A model generated the notes under the pieces. It was not told where the DNA came from and did not search any database. It was given only the letters and a program-made list of their open reading frames with translations. DNA of 64,000 nucleotides from Malacoraja senta (taxonomy: Eukaryota): assembly GCA_038087875.1 (NCBI GenBank), contig CM075988.1, positions 6,076,001 to 6,140,000 of the forward strand, in the 5' to 3' direction. This document shows positions 1 through 12,199 of the stretch, piece by piece (the stretch's first letter is position 1; every line of letters begins with the position of its first letter). The position numbers were made by a program, and so were the translations under genes.

Positions 1-29
1 TATTATAGAGATTCTCAAAGTCTTTAAGA

Positions 30-1000
30 ATCATTGCAATGGGCCAAGTAATTCCAGTTTATGCGATCCTGTGCAAAAACCTCTGCATTCACTTGACAGA
101 ACCGAAGTTGCTGACTGCAAATCATAACTTCCGAGATCTGAGGGACTGGATGGTCCGCGATTGGATTGTGTGCAGAATTGAACAACGTACAAGATTGGGG
201 AGAGGTCACGGATCATCGTGATGGCAAGGAGTCACCGTAGAGCTGAGAGGCTTGACATGAAGTTGTTATATGTGCAGATCTACATTGGGAAAGAAATGCC
301 TGAACATAAGATGCCACATCAGTCTTGGGCATGATAGCAATGGATCTCATCACAGCCAAGACCAATACCTATTGACAAGTGGCTATTTATCCAGCATCCT
401 GGAAATAGTTTACATCAATAGAACTAGATCATCAACTATTATTCATAAGTTGACAGCACCTTTGGCCAGACATGATATTGCGATGGGAAAACACACATTG
501 CTTTGGATGAGTTTCCAGTTTTCAGCGACGTGGGAATTCACTCATGCATCATGGTCACCACACTGGCCACAGTCCAATGGAATGAAAGAGGATATTTTAA
601 AGGCAATCAACTGCTACCGAGAAAAGCAAATAATGAAACATGGTGCCGGCTAAGACTCGTGGAACACGGACATACACCGATGCCAGAGTTCAGTCAAAGC
701 CAAGTTTAGGGACTGATGAACTGTCAAAGAGAGCAACAGCCACAGGTGGGGAAACCTAACACTCCAAATGGAATAAGCAGATGGAGGAAAAGAGAGAAGG
801 AAAGTAAACGTCCGACTACAACATGATAGCGAAGAAACTCCCACCACTCGAAATTCGACCATGATACCAACCAGGAAGAAGCAGGGAAGCTGGAGTCGTT
901 GGGCACCTGTCACCATATCGACCCTGAAACCTGTGCACTGAGGATTGAGACAGGCGTGACAGACATAGAAATATACATAAGAAGACTGTGGAAGAGGAGC
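30..1000 (+). mobile_element. Degenerate Ty3/Gypsy LTR-retrotransposon pol (integrase) relic
   Basis: ORF 270-653 reads YLLTSGYLSSILEI..SSTIIHKLTAPLARHDI..FSATWEFTHASWSPHWPQSNGM. This resembles the rve integrase pattern (YL..VDYYS..E....S..VI..LK..FARHG.P..F...W.F.H..SSP.YPQSNG). Frameshifted; boundaries approximate. Confidence 0.75.
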
Positions 1001-1159
1001 AGGAGACCAAAGCCAATAATGAACTCATGATGGGGTGGAAGATTGCAACCTTCACGTGGTTCACCCTGTTTCGACGAATGCAATCAACCCGGCGTGCACA
1101 ATCAAATAAGATCAAATAGAACAAGTTGTCCCACAACTTTAGGCTGTGCACACCATACG

Positions 1160-1300
1160 CAAGAAGAAGAAGAAGAAGAAGAAGAACTCAAGATGATGCA
1201 CCTCAACTCTTGTTCAACTGGGACACAATGACTAGCAACCAAATCATGGCTCTCTGAGTGCTATTACAACCAAATCATGGCTCTCTGAGTGCTATCTCTG
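1160..1300 (+). repeat. (GAA)n microsatellite followed by a two-copy ~30 bp tandem repeat (caaccaaatcatggctctctgagtgctat)
   Basis: Directly visible. Confidence 0.9.
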
Positions 1301-1731
1301 AGAGCTATTAGAAACCAAAGCATCTTGTGAGCTTTGTGCTAAACCTGTGTATGTGTTGATTGAAAGTTTGCATTGAAAATTTATGTTGGCGGCTCGTCAG
1401 ATTATGTTAAGAAATAGCTTACATTTTCTGGAAGCTAATGCATATGAATTTATTTGTGTTTATTGGAACACTAGGAGTGTGGACTTACCATTTTATTGAA
1501 TGTTGAAATCAGCACAAACTGAAACAACTGTACAAGGAAAGATGGAGAAGATGTCCTGCCCTCCAGTGCCAACTGACAGTAATACAATTTAAGCATCCAG
1601 CATCCAGGGCTGGAGTTGTTGGCAAGATGGCGGATGACCACACTGCAGGCTTGTGAGTAGCCCAGAAATAATTTCATATTTTGACACCAAGAATATGATA
1701 AGGAATACATTATTTAACAAACTATCAACTG

Positions 1732-2036
1732 CTCCCCGTTGGATTGAAATTGTCGTGGTCGGGGAGCTTGAGTGTCTCAGTGACCCCTAGAGCTATGCCA
1801 GCAGGAGATTTGTCTCCTGTTAGGGTCTCCCATGCTGGACAGGTCGAAGGGTAGAGGCGAGACGAAGAGCGATCCACTGGTCCTCCAGGTTGGAGGTTGA
1901 GCACAGGGCTAACAACCCTGTCTCGTAAAACAAATATGTTACAGAAACAGCAACTGAAGGAATCAACACTACTGAGTGGAGGACCTTCGTTGCTGCCCTA
2001 CATGCCAGGAGGCATAATAGGCAGTAAGTAAGTAAG
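1732..2036 (+). mobile_element. Bipartite non-autonomous RTE-type retroelement (RTE 5'UTR fused to RTE 3' end)
   Basis: 5' part has RTE-like UTR motifs (agggtctcccatgc..caggtc; gggctaacaaccctgtctcgtaaaac..gttacagaaac). 3' part is tggaggaccttcgttgctgccctacatgcc plus a (TAAG)n tail. Flanks tatcaactg / tatctactg look like a TSD. Confidence 0.7.
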
Positions 2037-2115
2037 TATCTACTGGAGACAGCATAATGCAACGGTTAGATTTAGGCACACCCCAAGATAATCCCTGCAA
2101 CAATGTCTTGAGGTT

Positions 2116-2260
2116 CACAAAAATGCTGGAGAAACTCAGCGGGTGCAGCAGCATCTATGGAGCGAAGGAAATAGGTAACGTTTCGGGCCGAAACCCTTCT
2201 TCAGACTGATAGGGGGTGGGGAGAAGAAAGGAAAAAAGGAAAAGGAGGAGGAGGAGCCCG
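2116..2260 (-). mobile_element. Short Penelope-derived element with minimal hammerhead core
   Basis: Minus strand CTGAAGA-A-GGGT-TTCG-GCCC-GAAACGTT at 2177-2204; 13-bp TSD atgtcttgaggtt at 2103-2115 and 2261-2273. Confidence 0.8.
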
Positions 2261-2286
2261 ATGTCTTGAGGTTGATGTTTATAGTT

Positions 2287-2586
2287 TTTAGAGATACAGC
2301 GCGGAAACAGGCCCTTTGGCCCACCGAGTCCGCTTCGACCAGTGATCCCGGCACATTAACACTGCCCTGCACACACTAGGGACAATTTACACATACACCA
2401 AGCCAATTAATCTACGGCTTTGGAGTGTGGGATAAAACCGAAGATCTCGGAGAAAATCTACGTGGTCACGGGGAGAACGTACAAACTCCGCACAGACAAC
2501 ACCCGTAGTCGGGATCGAACCCGGGTCTCCGGCCGCTGCAAGCGCTGTAAGGCAGCAACTCTACCGCTGCGCCACCGTTTCCGCCC
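2287..2586 (-). mobile_element. HE1-type tRNA-derived V-SINE
   Basis: Reverse complement shows A/B-box head (tggcgcagcgg..ggttcgatcc), V-domain (gtctgtgcggagtttgtacgttctccccgtg) and CR1-like tail (gggcctgtttccgcgctgtatctctaaa). Confidence 0.9.
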
Positions 2587-3644
2587 TTAATTATGTGACT
2601 GACCTTCAGCAACCATAAACGCTTTCCTTGAGTCTCTTTGTCCTTTGACCAAGGCTCCCAGGTGGCACACTTAGCAAATGTCTGCCTTGGTGTCAGAGGT
2701 AGTCCTCTCACCCCTTCTCTGGAACACAAATCTTTGGTCCATATCTGGTCCAAACTTGTAGCGGGATCTTGAGATAAGGACTCCAGGAAAATCCAAACTG
2801 GGCATCAGTGAGCGTGATATTGGTGAGCAAGTGCTACCCAATGCATTTTTGACACATCTTTGGCCACTTTGGTCAATGACTGAGAGCAGGCAGATTAAAG
2901 AGCTGAAGTGTAATTGTTCTGTTTTTTTTTGTGGGAGATTTTGGGCAAATGTCAGTGTTTTAACTGTACTGGAACCTCTAGATCATCGGAATGGCCAGTT
3001 CGAGAGCATATCGCCACACTCTGGCGGGGACGTTGTGTGATTCCTTATCCTTTTGTGTATTTAGTGCTCTCAGCTGCATCTTGATACGTGTAGAGTGGAT
3101 TGAATTGGGGGAAGGGACGCAGGAGGAAGTCAAATTATCTGCATGCTCCTTTCAGCTGAAACGGTTGCAAAATGCTTCAGTAACACCAATGTTGAGAACG
3201 GGTATATTCTTAGAGTCATTCCCACTTGTTAGCTGTTCAATTATCCACCATACTTCTTGACTGGACATGACAGGACTGCAGAGGTCTGAGCTGATCTGCA
3301 GGTTCGGTCTGCGATATTTGTCAGTGTTCCACCCCCTTTACGTCTGCTGCTTCTTCTTTAGTGGTTTCAGGTCGGATCAAGTCGAACATTGGCAGAGACT
3401 GGTTGCACTGAACAATCGTTTTGTGTTGGGAATGCCTCGTGATATGATGTGCGTCAGAGGAGAGGAAAATTTGCGACAAGCATAGATCAAGCGCATGAAA
3501 AATAACTGCTTCTGATATCTCATGCTTTGATAACGAGATATCACAGATTTAGATTGAACGTAGGAGATGGAGAATTATCTTCGCACGTAAGCAGAAAGGA
3601 ATCACATTGCTCATTTGATACGTAGGTTTGTGGAAAGAGAATTA

Positions 3645-3883
3645 AGGCCTGTCCTACTTGGGCGTCATTTGCGCGTCACGCAGGTGGCGCGCGAAGATTT
3701 TGTGAATCCCCCAAATCCTGGGGCGCCACGCACGACCGCGTATCACTGCCTACGTCACCACGCACCATGCGCGCGTAATGCATGCCATGCGCGCATCACG
3801 TGCGCGTCACGACGCATGCATCGTGGCGCGTAAATGATGTCGCGTAAATGACGCGCAAATGATGCCCAAGTGGGACAGGCCCT
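3645..3883. mobile_element. MITE, PIF/Harbinger-like
   Basis: TIRs (a)ggcctgtcctacttgggc / gcccaagtgggacaggccct, TTA flanks, CpG-rich interior; same family as 46030-46305. Confidence 0.8.
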
Positions 3884-4789
3884 TTAGGCCCAGTATTCAG
3901 AACAAACTATCTCAGAGACACATTAGAGAGATTTTGGGGAAAATGTAAATGAGGGTTGACTTGATTAGTTTTCAAAGGAAGTCATACTTTTAAAAAAATC
4001 GAAATAAACTTTATTCAGGATAAAAAATAAATACAAAACAAGAGGAGTGCAAAATTCCTCCGACATTCTCCATGGCTATACATGTTCCCAAAAACCGTCA
4101 TTATGCCCGGCACCCTTGCCACTCATGTGGCCCCCTGGGGTGAAGGAGGTGGTACTGCATCAGTGAACTGAATCACCACACATGTGAAGAATAATCGGAT
4201 GTGCACTTGGTAGAGTTTATTGGAGAATTTGGAGTTTATTGGAGAGTTTACTTGGAGAGTTTATTGAATTAATTCCAAGTAGTAACAGATTTATGAGGAA
4301 ACATAAGAATCTGCAAGTTCAATATGTGCAGAGCCAAGTATTTCTGGAACTGCAGTCATTGCTGTGTTCTTAAATATTGTTATTTGGTGATCCATTTAAT
4401 ATCTTTGCACCTATTTTGCAGAGACGTCTATTTTTTATCCCTTGATTTTGGTAAATGGTGTTGTGTTCTCGTTGATTTTCTAGATAATATAATTATTGAT
4501 GTATTTTTTCTAAACTAAAGAATATTTCTTCATTTAAGCCTTCCTGAAAAGCAATTCAATGTAATGTAAACACTCTCCAATGCTACGTTGTGTGTCATCT
4601 AACCACTCCTAACCCCTTCTCCCAATTATTCCAGTTTACAGTTGGGTATTGGACTGCTTATTCCCAGATGAAAAAGTGATTTCCTGCTTCCTGCCTCTTC
4701 TCATTTCTAACTGGATTTCTGCTCATGATGATAATAGGCATTTGCTAACCTACTTCACGTAGCCAGAGGTTTTTAGGAGTTTTCACGCA

Positions 4790-5332
4790 TTGGAGTATTG
4801 TGGGCACCATATCTGAGGAAGGATGTGCTGGCTCTGGAGAGGGTCCAGAGGAGGTTTACAAGAATGATCCCAGGAATGAGTGGGTGAACATATGATCGGC
4901 GTTTGACAACACTGGGCCTGTACTCGATGGAGTTTAGAAGATTAAGAGGGGACCTCATTGATATGTAACGAATAGTGAAAGGCTTGGATAGAGTGGATGT
5001 GGACAGGATGTTTCCACCAGTGGGAGAGTTTAGGACTAGAGGTCACAGCCTCAGAAATAAAGGACGTTCCTTTAGGAAGGCGATGAGGAGGAATTTCTTT
5101 AGACAGACGGTGGGGAATCTGTGGAATTCTTTGCCACATAAGGCTGTGGAGGCCAAGTCAATGGATATTTTTAAGGCAGAGATAGATAGATTCTTGAATG
5201 GTTCGGGTGCCAGGGGTTATGGGGAGAAGGCAGGAAAATTGGGTTAGGAGGGAAAGATAGATCAGCCATGATTGAATGGCGGAGTAGACTTGGTGGTCCG
5301 AATGGCCTAATTCTGCTCCTATCACTTATGAT
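4790..5332 (+). mobile_element. CR1 (HER1-like) LINE 3' fragment
   Basis: RT C-terminal peptide (KGLDRVDVDRMFP..RTRGHSLR..LWNSLP) and CR1 3'UTR (gatcagccatgattgaatggcggag..gaatggcctaattctgctcct). Confidence 0.9.
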
Positions 5333-5334
5333 GT

Positions 5335-7827
5335 TATAATGGGTGACTTCAAACTACATATAGATTGGGTGAATCAAATTGGCAGGGGTGCTGAGGAAGA
5401 GGATTTCTTGGAATGAATGCGGGATAGTTTTCTAAACCAACATGTAGAGGAACCAACGAGAGGGCAGGCTATTCTAGACTGGGTATTGAGTAATGAGGAA
5501 GGGTTAGTTAGCAGTCTTGTTGTGCGTGGCCCCTTGGGCAAGAGTGACCATAATATGGTTGAGTTCTTCATTAGGATGGAGAGTGACATAATTAATTCAG
5601 AAACAAGGGTTCTGAACTTAAAGAAAGGTAATTTTGAGGGTATGAGACGTGAATTGGCCAAGATAGACTGGCAATTGATTCTTAAAGGGTTGACAGTGGA
5701 TATGCAATGGAAGGCATTTAAAGACTGCATGGATGAACTACAACAATTGTTCATCCCAGTTTGGCAAAAGAATAAATCAGGGAAGGTAGTGCATCTGTGG
5801 ATAACAAGAGAAATCAGGGATAGTATCAAAACAAAAGATGAAGCATACAAATTAGCCTGAAAAAGCAGCCTACCAGAGGACTGGGAGAAATACAGAGTCC
5901 AGCAGAGGAGAACAAAGGGCTTAATTAGGAACGGGAAAATAGATTATGAAAGAAAAACTGGCGGGGAACATAAAAACTGACTGCAAATGTTTTTATAGAT
6001 ATGTGAAGAGAAAAAGATTAGTTAAAACAAATGTAGGTCCGTTGCAGTCAGAAACAGGTGAATTGATCATGGGGAACAAGGACATGGCAGACCAATTGAA
6101 TTACTACTTTGGTTCTGTCTTCACTAAGGAAGACATAAATAATCTGCAGGAAATAGCAGGGGACCGGGGGTCAAATGAGATGGAGGAACTGAGTGAAATT
6201 CAGGTTAGCCGGGAAGTGGTGTTAGGTAAATTGAATGGATTAAAGGCCGATAAATCCCCAGGGCCAGATAGGCTGCATCCCAGAGTAGTTAAGGAAGTAG
6301 CCCCAGAAATAGTGGATGCATTAGTGATAATTTTTCAAAACTCTTTACATTCTGGAGTAGTTCCTGAGGATTGGAGGGTAGCTAATGTAACCCCACATTT
6401 TAAAAAGGGAGGGAGAGAGAAAACGGGGAATTACAGACCAGTTAGTCAAACATCGGTAGTGGGGAAACTGCTAGAGTCAGTTATTAAAGATGGGATAGCA
6501 GCACATTTGGAAAGTGGTGAAATCATTGGACGAAGTCAGCATGGATTTACGAAAGGTAAATCATGTCTGACGAATCTTATAGAATTTTTCGAGGATGTAA
6601 CTAGTAGAGTGGATAAGGGAGAACCAGTGGATGTGTTATATCTGGACTTTCAGAAGGCTTTCGACAAGGTCCCACATAAGAGATTAGTATACAAACTTAA
6701 AGCACACGGTATTGGGGGTTCAGTATTGATGTGGATAGAGAACTGGCTGGCAGACAGGAAGCAAAGAGTAGGAGTAAACGGGTCCTTTTCAGAATGGCAG
6801 GCAGTGACTAGTGGGGTACCGCAAGGCTCAGTGCTGGGACCCCAGCCATTTACAATATATATTAATGATTTGGACGAGGGAATTGAATGCAACATCTCCA
6901 AGTTTGCGAATGACACGAAGCTGGGGGGCAGTGTTAGCTGTGAGGAGGATGCTAGGAGGCTGCAAGGTGACTTGGATAGGTTGGGTGAGTGGGAAAATGC
7001 ATGGCACATGCAGTATAATGTGGATAAATGTGAGGTTATCCACTTTGGTGGAAAACCGGAAAGTAGACTATTATCTGAATTGTGGCCAATTAGGAAAAGG
7101 GGAGATGCAACGAGACCTGGGTGTCATGGTACACCAGTCATTGAAAGTAGGCATGCAGATGCAGCAGGCAGTGAAGAAAGCGAATGGTATGTTAGCATTC
7201 ATAGCAAAAGGATTTGAGTACAGGAGCAGGGAGGTTCTACTGCAGTTGTACAGGGTCTTGGTGAGACCACACCTGGAGTATTGCGTACACTTTTGGTCTC
7301 CTAATCTGAGGAAAGACATTCTTGCCATAGAGGGAGTACAGAGAAGGTTCATCAGACTGATTCCTGGGATGTCAGGACTTTCATATGAAGAAAGACTGGA
7401 TAGACTCGGCTTGTACTCGCTAGAATTTAGAAGATCTTATAGAAACTTACAAAATTCTTAAGGGGTTGGACAGGCTTGATGCAGGAAGATTGTTCCCGAT
7501 GTTGGGGAAGTCCAGAACAAGGGGTCACAGTTTAAGGATAAGGGGGAAATCTTTTAGGACCGAGATGAGAAAAACATTTTTCACACAGAGAGTGGTGAAT
7601 CTCTGGAATTCTCTGTCACAGAAGGTAGTTGAGGCTAGTTCATTAAGAGGGAGTTAGATGTGGCCCTTGTGGCTAAAGGGATCAGGGGGTATGGAGAGAA
7701 GGAAGGCATGGGATACTGAGTTGGATGATCAGCCATGATCATATTGAATGGCGGTGCAGGCTCGAAGGGCCGAATGGCCTACTCCTGCACCTATTTTCTT
7801 TTGTTTCTATGTTTCTATGTTTCTATG
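5335..7827 (+). mobile_element. 5'-truncated CR1/HER1 LINE, ORF2 (endonuclease C-term + RT), disrupted
   Basis: ORFs 5417-5860, 5946-7217, 6811-7461 and 7466-7657 carry [30 protein letters not shown] and FANDTKL (FADD altered); stops and frameshifts; (TTTCTATG)n tail. Confidence 0.95.
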
Positions 7828-9342
7828 ACTGGCAAAAGAAGAATGTAAATGAAATGTTGGGCTATGGGATTCGAGTGGCCACTGCTTGATATAGACCTGA
7901 CCATAGCAATGATTTGATACCTTGGATCGATTTGATTTGTAGGGAAATATCTTTCGAAGATAGACACAAAAACCTGGAGTAACTCATCAGGACAGGCAGC
8001 ATCTCTGGAGAGATGAAATGGGTGATGTTTCGGGTCGCGTCCCTTCTTCAGACCTTTCATATCTTTCATTAATTATTCAGATATGTTTATTTAAAGGCAA
8101 GGAATTTGATTGCACCATTGTTACAAACTCAAAAAAATGCCACAAAAAAAAATCAACAGATCAGTCAGCATCTGTGGAGAGAGAAGTGGCCAAGGGTTTG
8201 GCTGTGTCACCCTTCATCGGGATTTGGATGGAGTGAGATACGTTAGTTCTCAGAAGGAGAGAAGGTGGGGGGAAAAGCAAATGGAAAATCTGTTTCTGTT
8301 TGTATATCATGTTGTCTTTGTGTTTCTTATCCCACTTGTATAAGTCAGGCCAAACACGGAGGTCCCAAACTCTTATCCTTATCACACTCATCACACAGAC
8401 CAAGAAGCTTCAGGCTCTGGTAAAAGCTATTATTAAATCATTTTACAGATGCTCTCTGACTTGATAGTTAGTTAGTGCATTAGTTAGTTATTTAAGTTTA
8501 TTGTATATGTACCGAAGTAAAGTGAAAAGCTTTTGTTGCGCGCTAACCTGTCAGTGGAAGGGCTATACATGATTACAATCGAGCCATTTACAGTGTACAG
8601 ATACATGATAAAGGGAATAACGTTTAGTGCAAGAAAGTGTTGCTGTTGGAGTAGAGGTTTAAAAGAGTGGAGCGATTGTAATTAGTGATTACAGGTCCAC
8701 TTCTTTGACCAGCACACAAAGAGTCGCCGGGCTTGGGCGCCATCTTGGAATATATGGCACTTCTTGTTTTTATTTCTGACTTCCAGCCTCTGCATTATTT
8801 TTTATTGTAATTTTCTTATACTTGTTGCAAAGTATGAGTATTTTCCTAGAATTGGTTGCTATAATCAGATGGCGTAAGGTTGGCATTGACTCAGCAATCT
8901 CACAGCAAAGAGGGTTGACTGTATAGGTGTGACTATTTAATCTTTTGTAAGGTTTCTGGAGTTTGTTTGAAAGTTAGCTGACTTGACGTGCATGACTCTG
9001 ATGGATATATTATTGTTCTGGCAATCTTCAACATCGACCGGCAGTAAATTAGTATTTAGAGCACATCACTCACGAAGATTTCCTTCAAAGAGATTCAACT
9101 TTTCTCTTAATGTGGATTCAGATCTAATTCTGAGAAAATAGGACAGCTTTCACTGGTGTGAGGAAAGGTTGTGGAGCTCAGTGTGAAAGACAAAGTGTTG
9201 CAGTGACTCAGCGGGCCAGGCAGCATCTGTGGAGGGAATGTACAAGCAACGTTTCAGCTCAGGACCCTTCTTCAAACTGCCTGTGCTGCCTGACCCACTG
9301 AGTAGCTCCAGCGTTTTGTATTTCACCCTCGATTCCAGTGTT

Positions 9343-9546
9343 GGTGTGTGTGTGTGTGTGTGTGTGTGAGTGTGTGTGAGTGTGTGAGTGTGTGTGTGTG
9401 TGTGTGTGTGCGTGTGTGCATGTGTGCGTGTGTGCGTGTGTGCGTGTCTGTGTGTGTGCGTGCGTGCGTGCGTGTGTGCGTGTGTGCGTGTGTGCGTGTG
9501 TGCGTGTGTGTGTGTGTGCGTGCGTGTGTGTGTGTGTGTGTGTGCA
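9343..9546. repeat. (GT/GC)n compound microsatellite
   Basis: Directly visible. Confidence 0.95.
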
Positions 9547-9547
9547 T

Positions 9548-10015
9548 ATTATTATTATTATTATTAAACTTTATTACAGACTCAAGGTCCAGATAAAAGA
9601 TGACATTACATAGAATACATTGCATATAAAAACACAATAAATTACATATAAAAGCTTAGTAAATTAGTAATAAGAGCACCATAAATTATATACAAAACCA
9701 CAATACCTGGTTTAAGATCCAGAATAAAAGAAAGGCCAGTTTCGTACAATGAGACAACTATACCAATGTCCCCACAGCTGGGATTGGTGGTGTGTATTGC
9801 TAAACCTTATGTTTGATAAGACCAAGATGATTTCATTTTCTGAGTCATTAATTCGGCAAATAAATGTATGCATAAGATTTCTTAGGATAGCTTGTAAAGT
9901 ACTGACTCCTGCAGCCACAAACATTTCCCTTGCACTACACCATCTAGGTTACTTTTGTAGTATTCTCATGGCATCATTATAAGCCACTTTAAGTCTCTGT
10001 AAACTTGATTTTCTG
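9548..10015 (-). mobile_element. Non-LTR retrotransposon 3' end, RTE-X-like
   Basis: Minus-strand peptide ..LKVAYNDAMRIL....MFVAAGVSTLQAILRNLMHTFICRINDSENEII; AATAAA plus (AAT)n tail. Confidence 0.65.
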
Positions 10016-10825
10016 TGGAAAGTGGCAAGATTGCCGTTTGAACGCTAGCCCAGCTCAAGGTGATGGGAGAAAAATGGAATCGGCAGCAAGTACTCAGCAG
10101 AAGAGCATCTGTGGAGAGTGAACAGAGCTAATCAAATCTCTTCGCAGATGCTGCCAGAGCCATTGAATATATTCAACATTTTCTGTATTGAATTCTGATT
10201 TCCAGCATCTGCAGTATTTTGCCTATCGGTGTGTTGAAAATCTTTTGTCTTTTGATGACTGTTCACAAATAAGGGTTGTAGACAAGAATATGCTGTTCGA
10301 CTCCTTGGAATTATCTCATTGACTACCTCAGGCTTCTCATTACTGTAATTATCTGGTACAACATTCCTTGGGTAACTTAATTAGGTAATAACCCTGATAG
10401 TCAGAAGTATCCAGTACTTGATACAACACAGGTACTGTCATCATTTATATTGCAGACATTTAATACCCTCACCATCTATTATCCAAAACCTAATCATACG
10501 ATACCCAAACTGTCCAAACCCTCTAAATCTCTAATTATCTGACACCATTCCCACACAACAATCAGCCACTGGTCTTTAATGAATGATGCTGATTCTAATA
10601 TACAAACCTAAAGCAACACAGAAGTTGCATTGGATTATCATTGCTAAAATTGTTCCTATTGTCAGCAACACCTTTACTGTTGCCGGGCTTATCCTTGTGT
10701 TCAGATACAAATCACTTTAAATTCTATCGTCTGTCTCACCTTACGTGCTTCCCTCAGTATCTTATATACACCGGTCAGAGTGAATGACCTTTCTACTTTG
10801 AAGATGCCCCTTAGTCATTTTCAAC

Positions 10826-11073
10826 CCCTCTCCCTCTCCCTCCCCCTCTCCCTCTCCCTCTCCCTCTCCCTCTCCCTCTCCCTCTCCCTCTCCCTCTCCC
10901 TCTCCTCTCCCTCTCCCTCTCCCTCTCCCTCTCCCTCTCCCTCTCCCTCTCCCTCTCCCTCTCCCTCTCCCTCTCCCTCTCCCTCTCCCTCTCCCTCTCC
11001 CTCCCCCTCTCTCTCTCCCTCTCCCTCCCCCTCTCTCTCTCCCTCTCCCTCTCCCCCCCTCTTTCTCTCTCTC
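10826..11073. repeat. (CCCTCT)n polypyrimidine microsatellite
   Basis: Directly visible. Confidence 0.95.
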
Positions 11074-11250
11074 TGATTTCCCTCATTTGTCTATTAATCA
11101 GTCAAGTGTCTTTACTATCCATGACCCCCCCATATTTCAAACTTACCTCCTAAATTCACATCTAAGTTGCTAATACATCTAACAGACAAATTATGTCCCA
11201 CCATTGACCTTTGCGGGTACACCACTGGTAATAGACATCCAATACTACCT

Positions 11251-11345
11251 ACTGAAGAAGGGTCTCGACCCGAAACGTCACCTATTCCTTCGCTCCATAG
11301 ATGCTGCCTCACCCGCTGAGTTTCTCCAGCATTTTTGTCTACCTC
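11251..11345 (+). ncRNA. Minimal type I hammerhead ribozyme motif within a Penelope-derived repeat
   Basis: CTGAAGA(11252-58)-A-GGGT-CTCG-ACCC-GAAA-CG-TC: intact core, stem II and palindromic ACGT stem III. Stem I is very weak. Confidence 0.65.
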
Positions 11346-12199
11346 CAATACCACTCTGTCACTAAATCGATATTGGATTCAATTAACCAACTTGCCTTGG
11401 ATCCCATGTACCTTGACCTTCTGGATTTGATCTTGGACTCGATCAAATGCCTTACTAAACTCCATGAAGACAACATCTATATAATGGTGGCTAATGAAGA
11501 TGCAGAAATTTCCAGCAGGACTCCAGTAATCACCTCCTTTGTTTCCTGTAGAAACCTAGGATAGATCTCATCTGGCCTGGGTTCTTATCCTGAAGTGCTT
11601 CAGTCTATCCATCTACTCCTTCCCAGACTCGTTACCCTCCATCTTCTTCACCTTGGTGAATACAGACCAGAAGTATTCATTTAATACCTTGTTACATCCC
11701 TGGATCAATACATAGACTGCTCATTTAGACTATAAAGGGACCAGAGCTCCCCTCACCTCTTTCTACCACCTATCTCCCTTCTGCTCCAGTCTTGAAGAAG
11801 GTTTCTAGCACAAAACATTTTATGTTCACTTTCCACCTCTAATGTTACCTGACCCACTGAGTCCATCAAATATTTAGTTTTTTGTGCAAGATTTCAGCAT
11901 TTGCAGTCTTTTGTGCTTCCTTTTTGTTCTTGATCAAACCGTTAACGTTCTATGTCATTGAAGGTTCTCTGACCTTGCAATCTTTACCTTTCATCCTTAC
12001 TGAAACATGCTGATGCTGACCTCTTAATAACTCACTCTTAAAAGACTCACACTAATCGGATGGCATTTTACTCACACCTATCTCCACCCAGTCCATTTTC
12101 ATCGTCCTCAACGCTATTAAAGCAGCCTTTTCTCCAAATTAGTTTCCTACAAGCTGAAACCAAGCAGGACGGGCATCACTGGACAAGCTCAATGCTCAC

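Noticed and set aside
3267..3485. RLVALNNRFVLGMP as the missing FN3 exon of the TM gene
   Set aside because: Only a short resemblance; no other FN3 features and no suitable phase-1 donor
5946..7217. 423-aa RT ORF as an intact or domesticated gene
   Set aside because: Part of a 5'-truncated CR1 with stops, frameshifts and FADD changed to FAND
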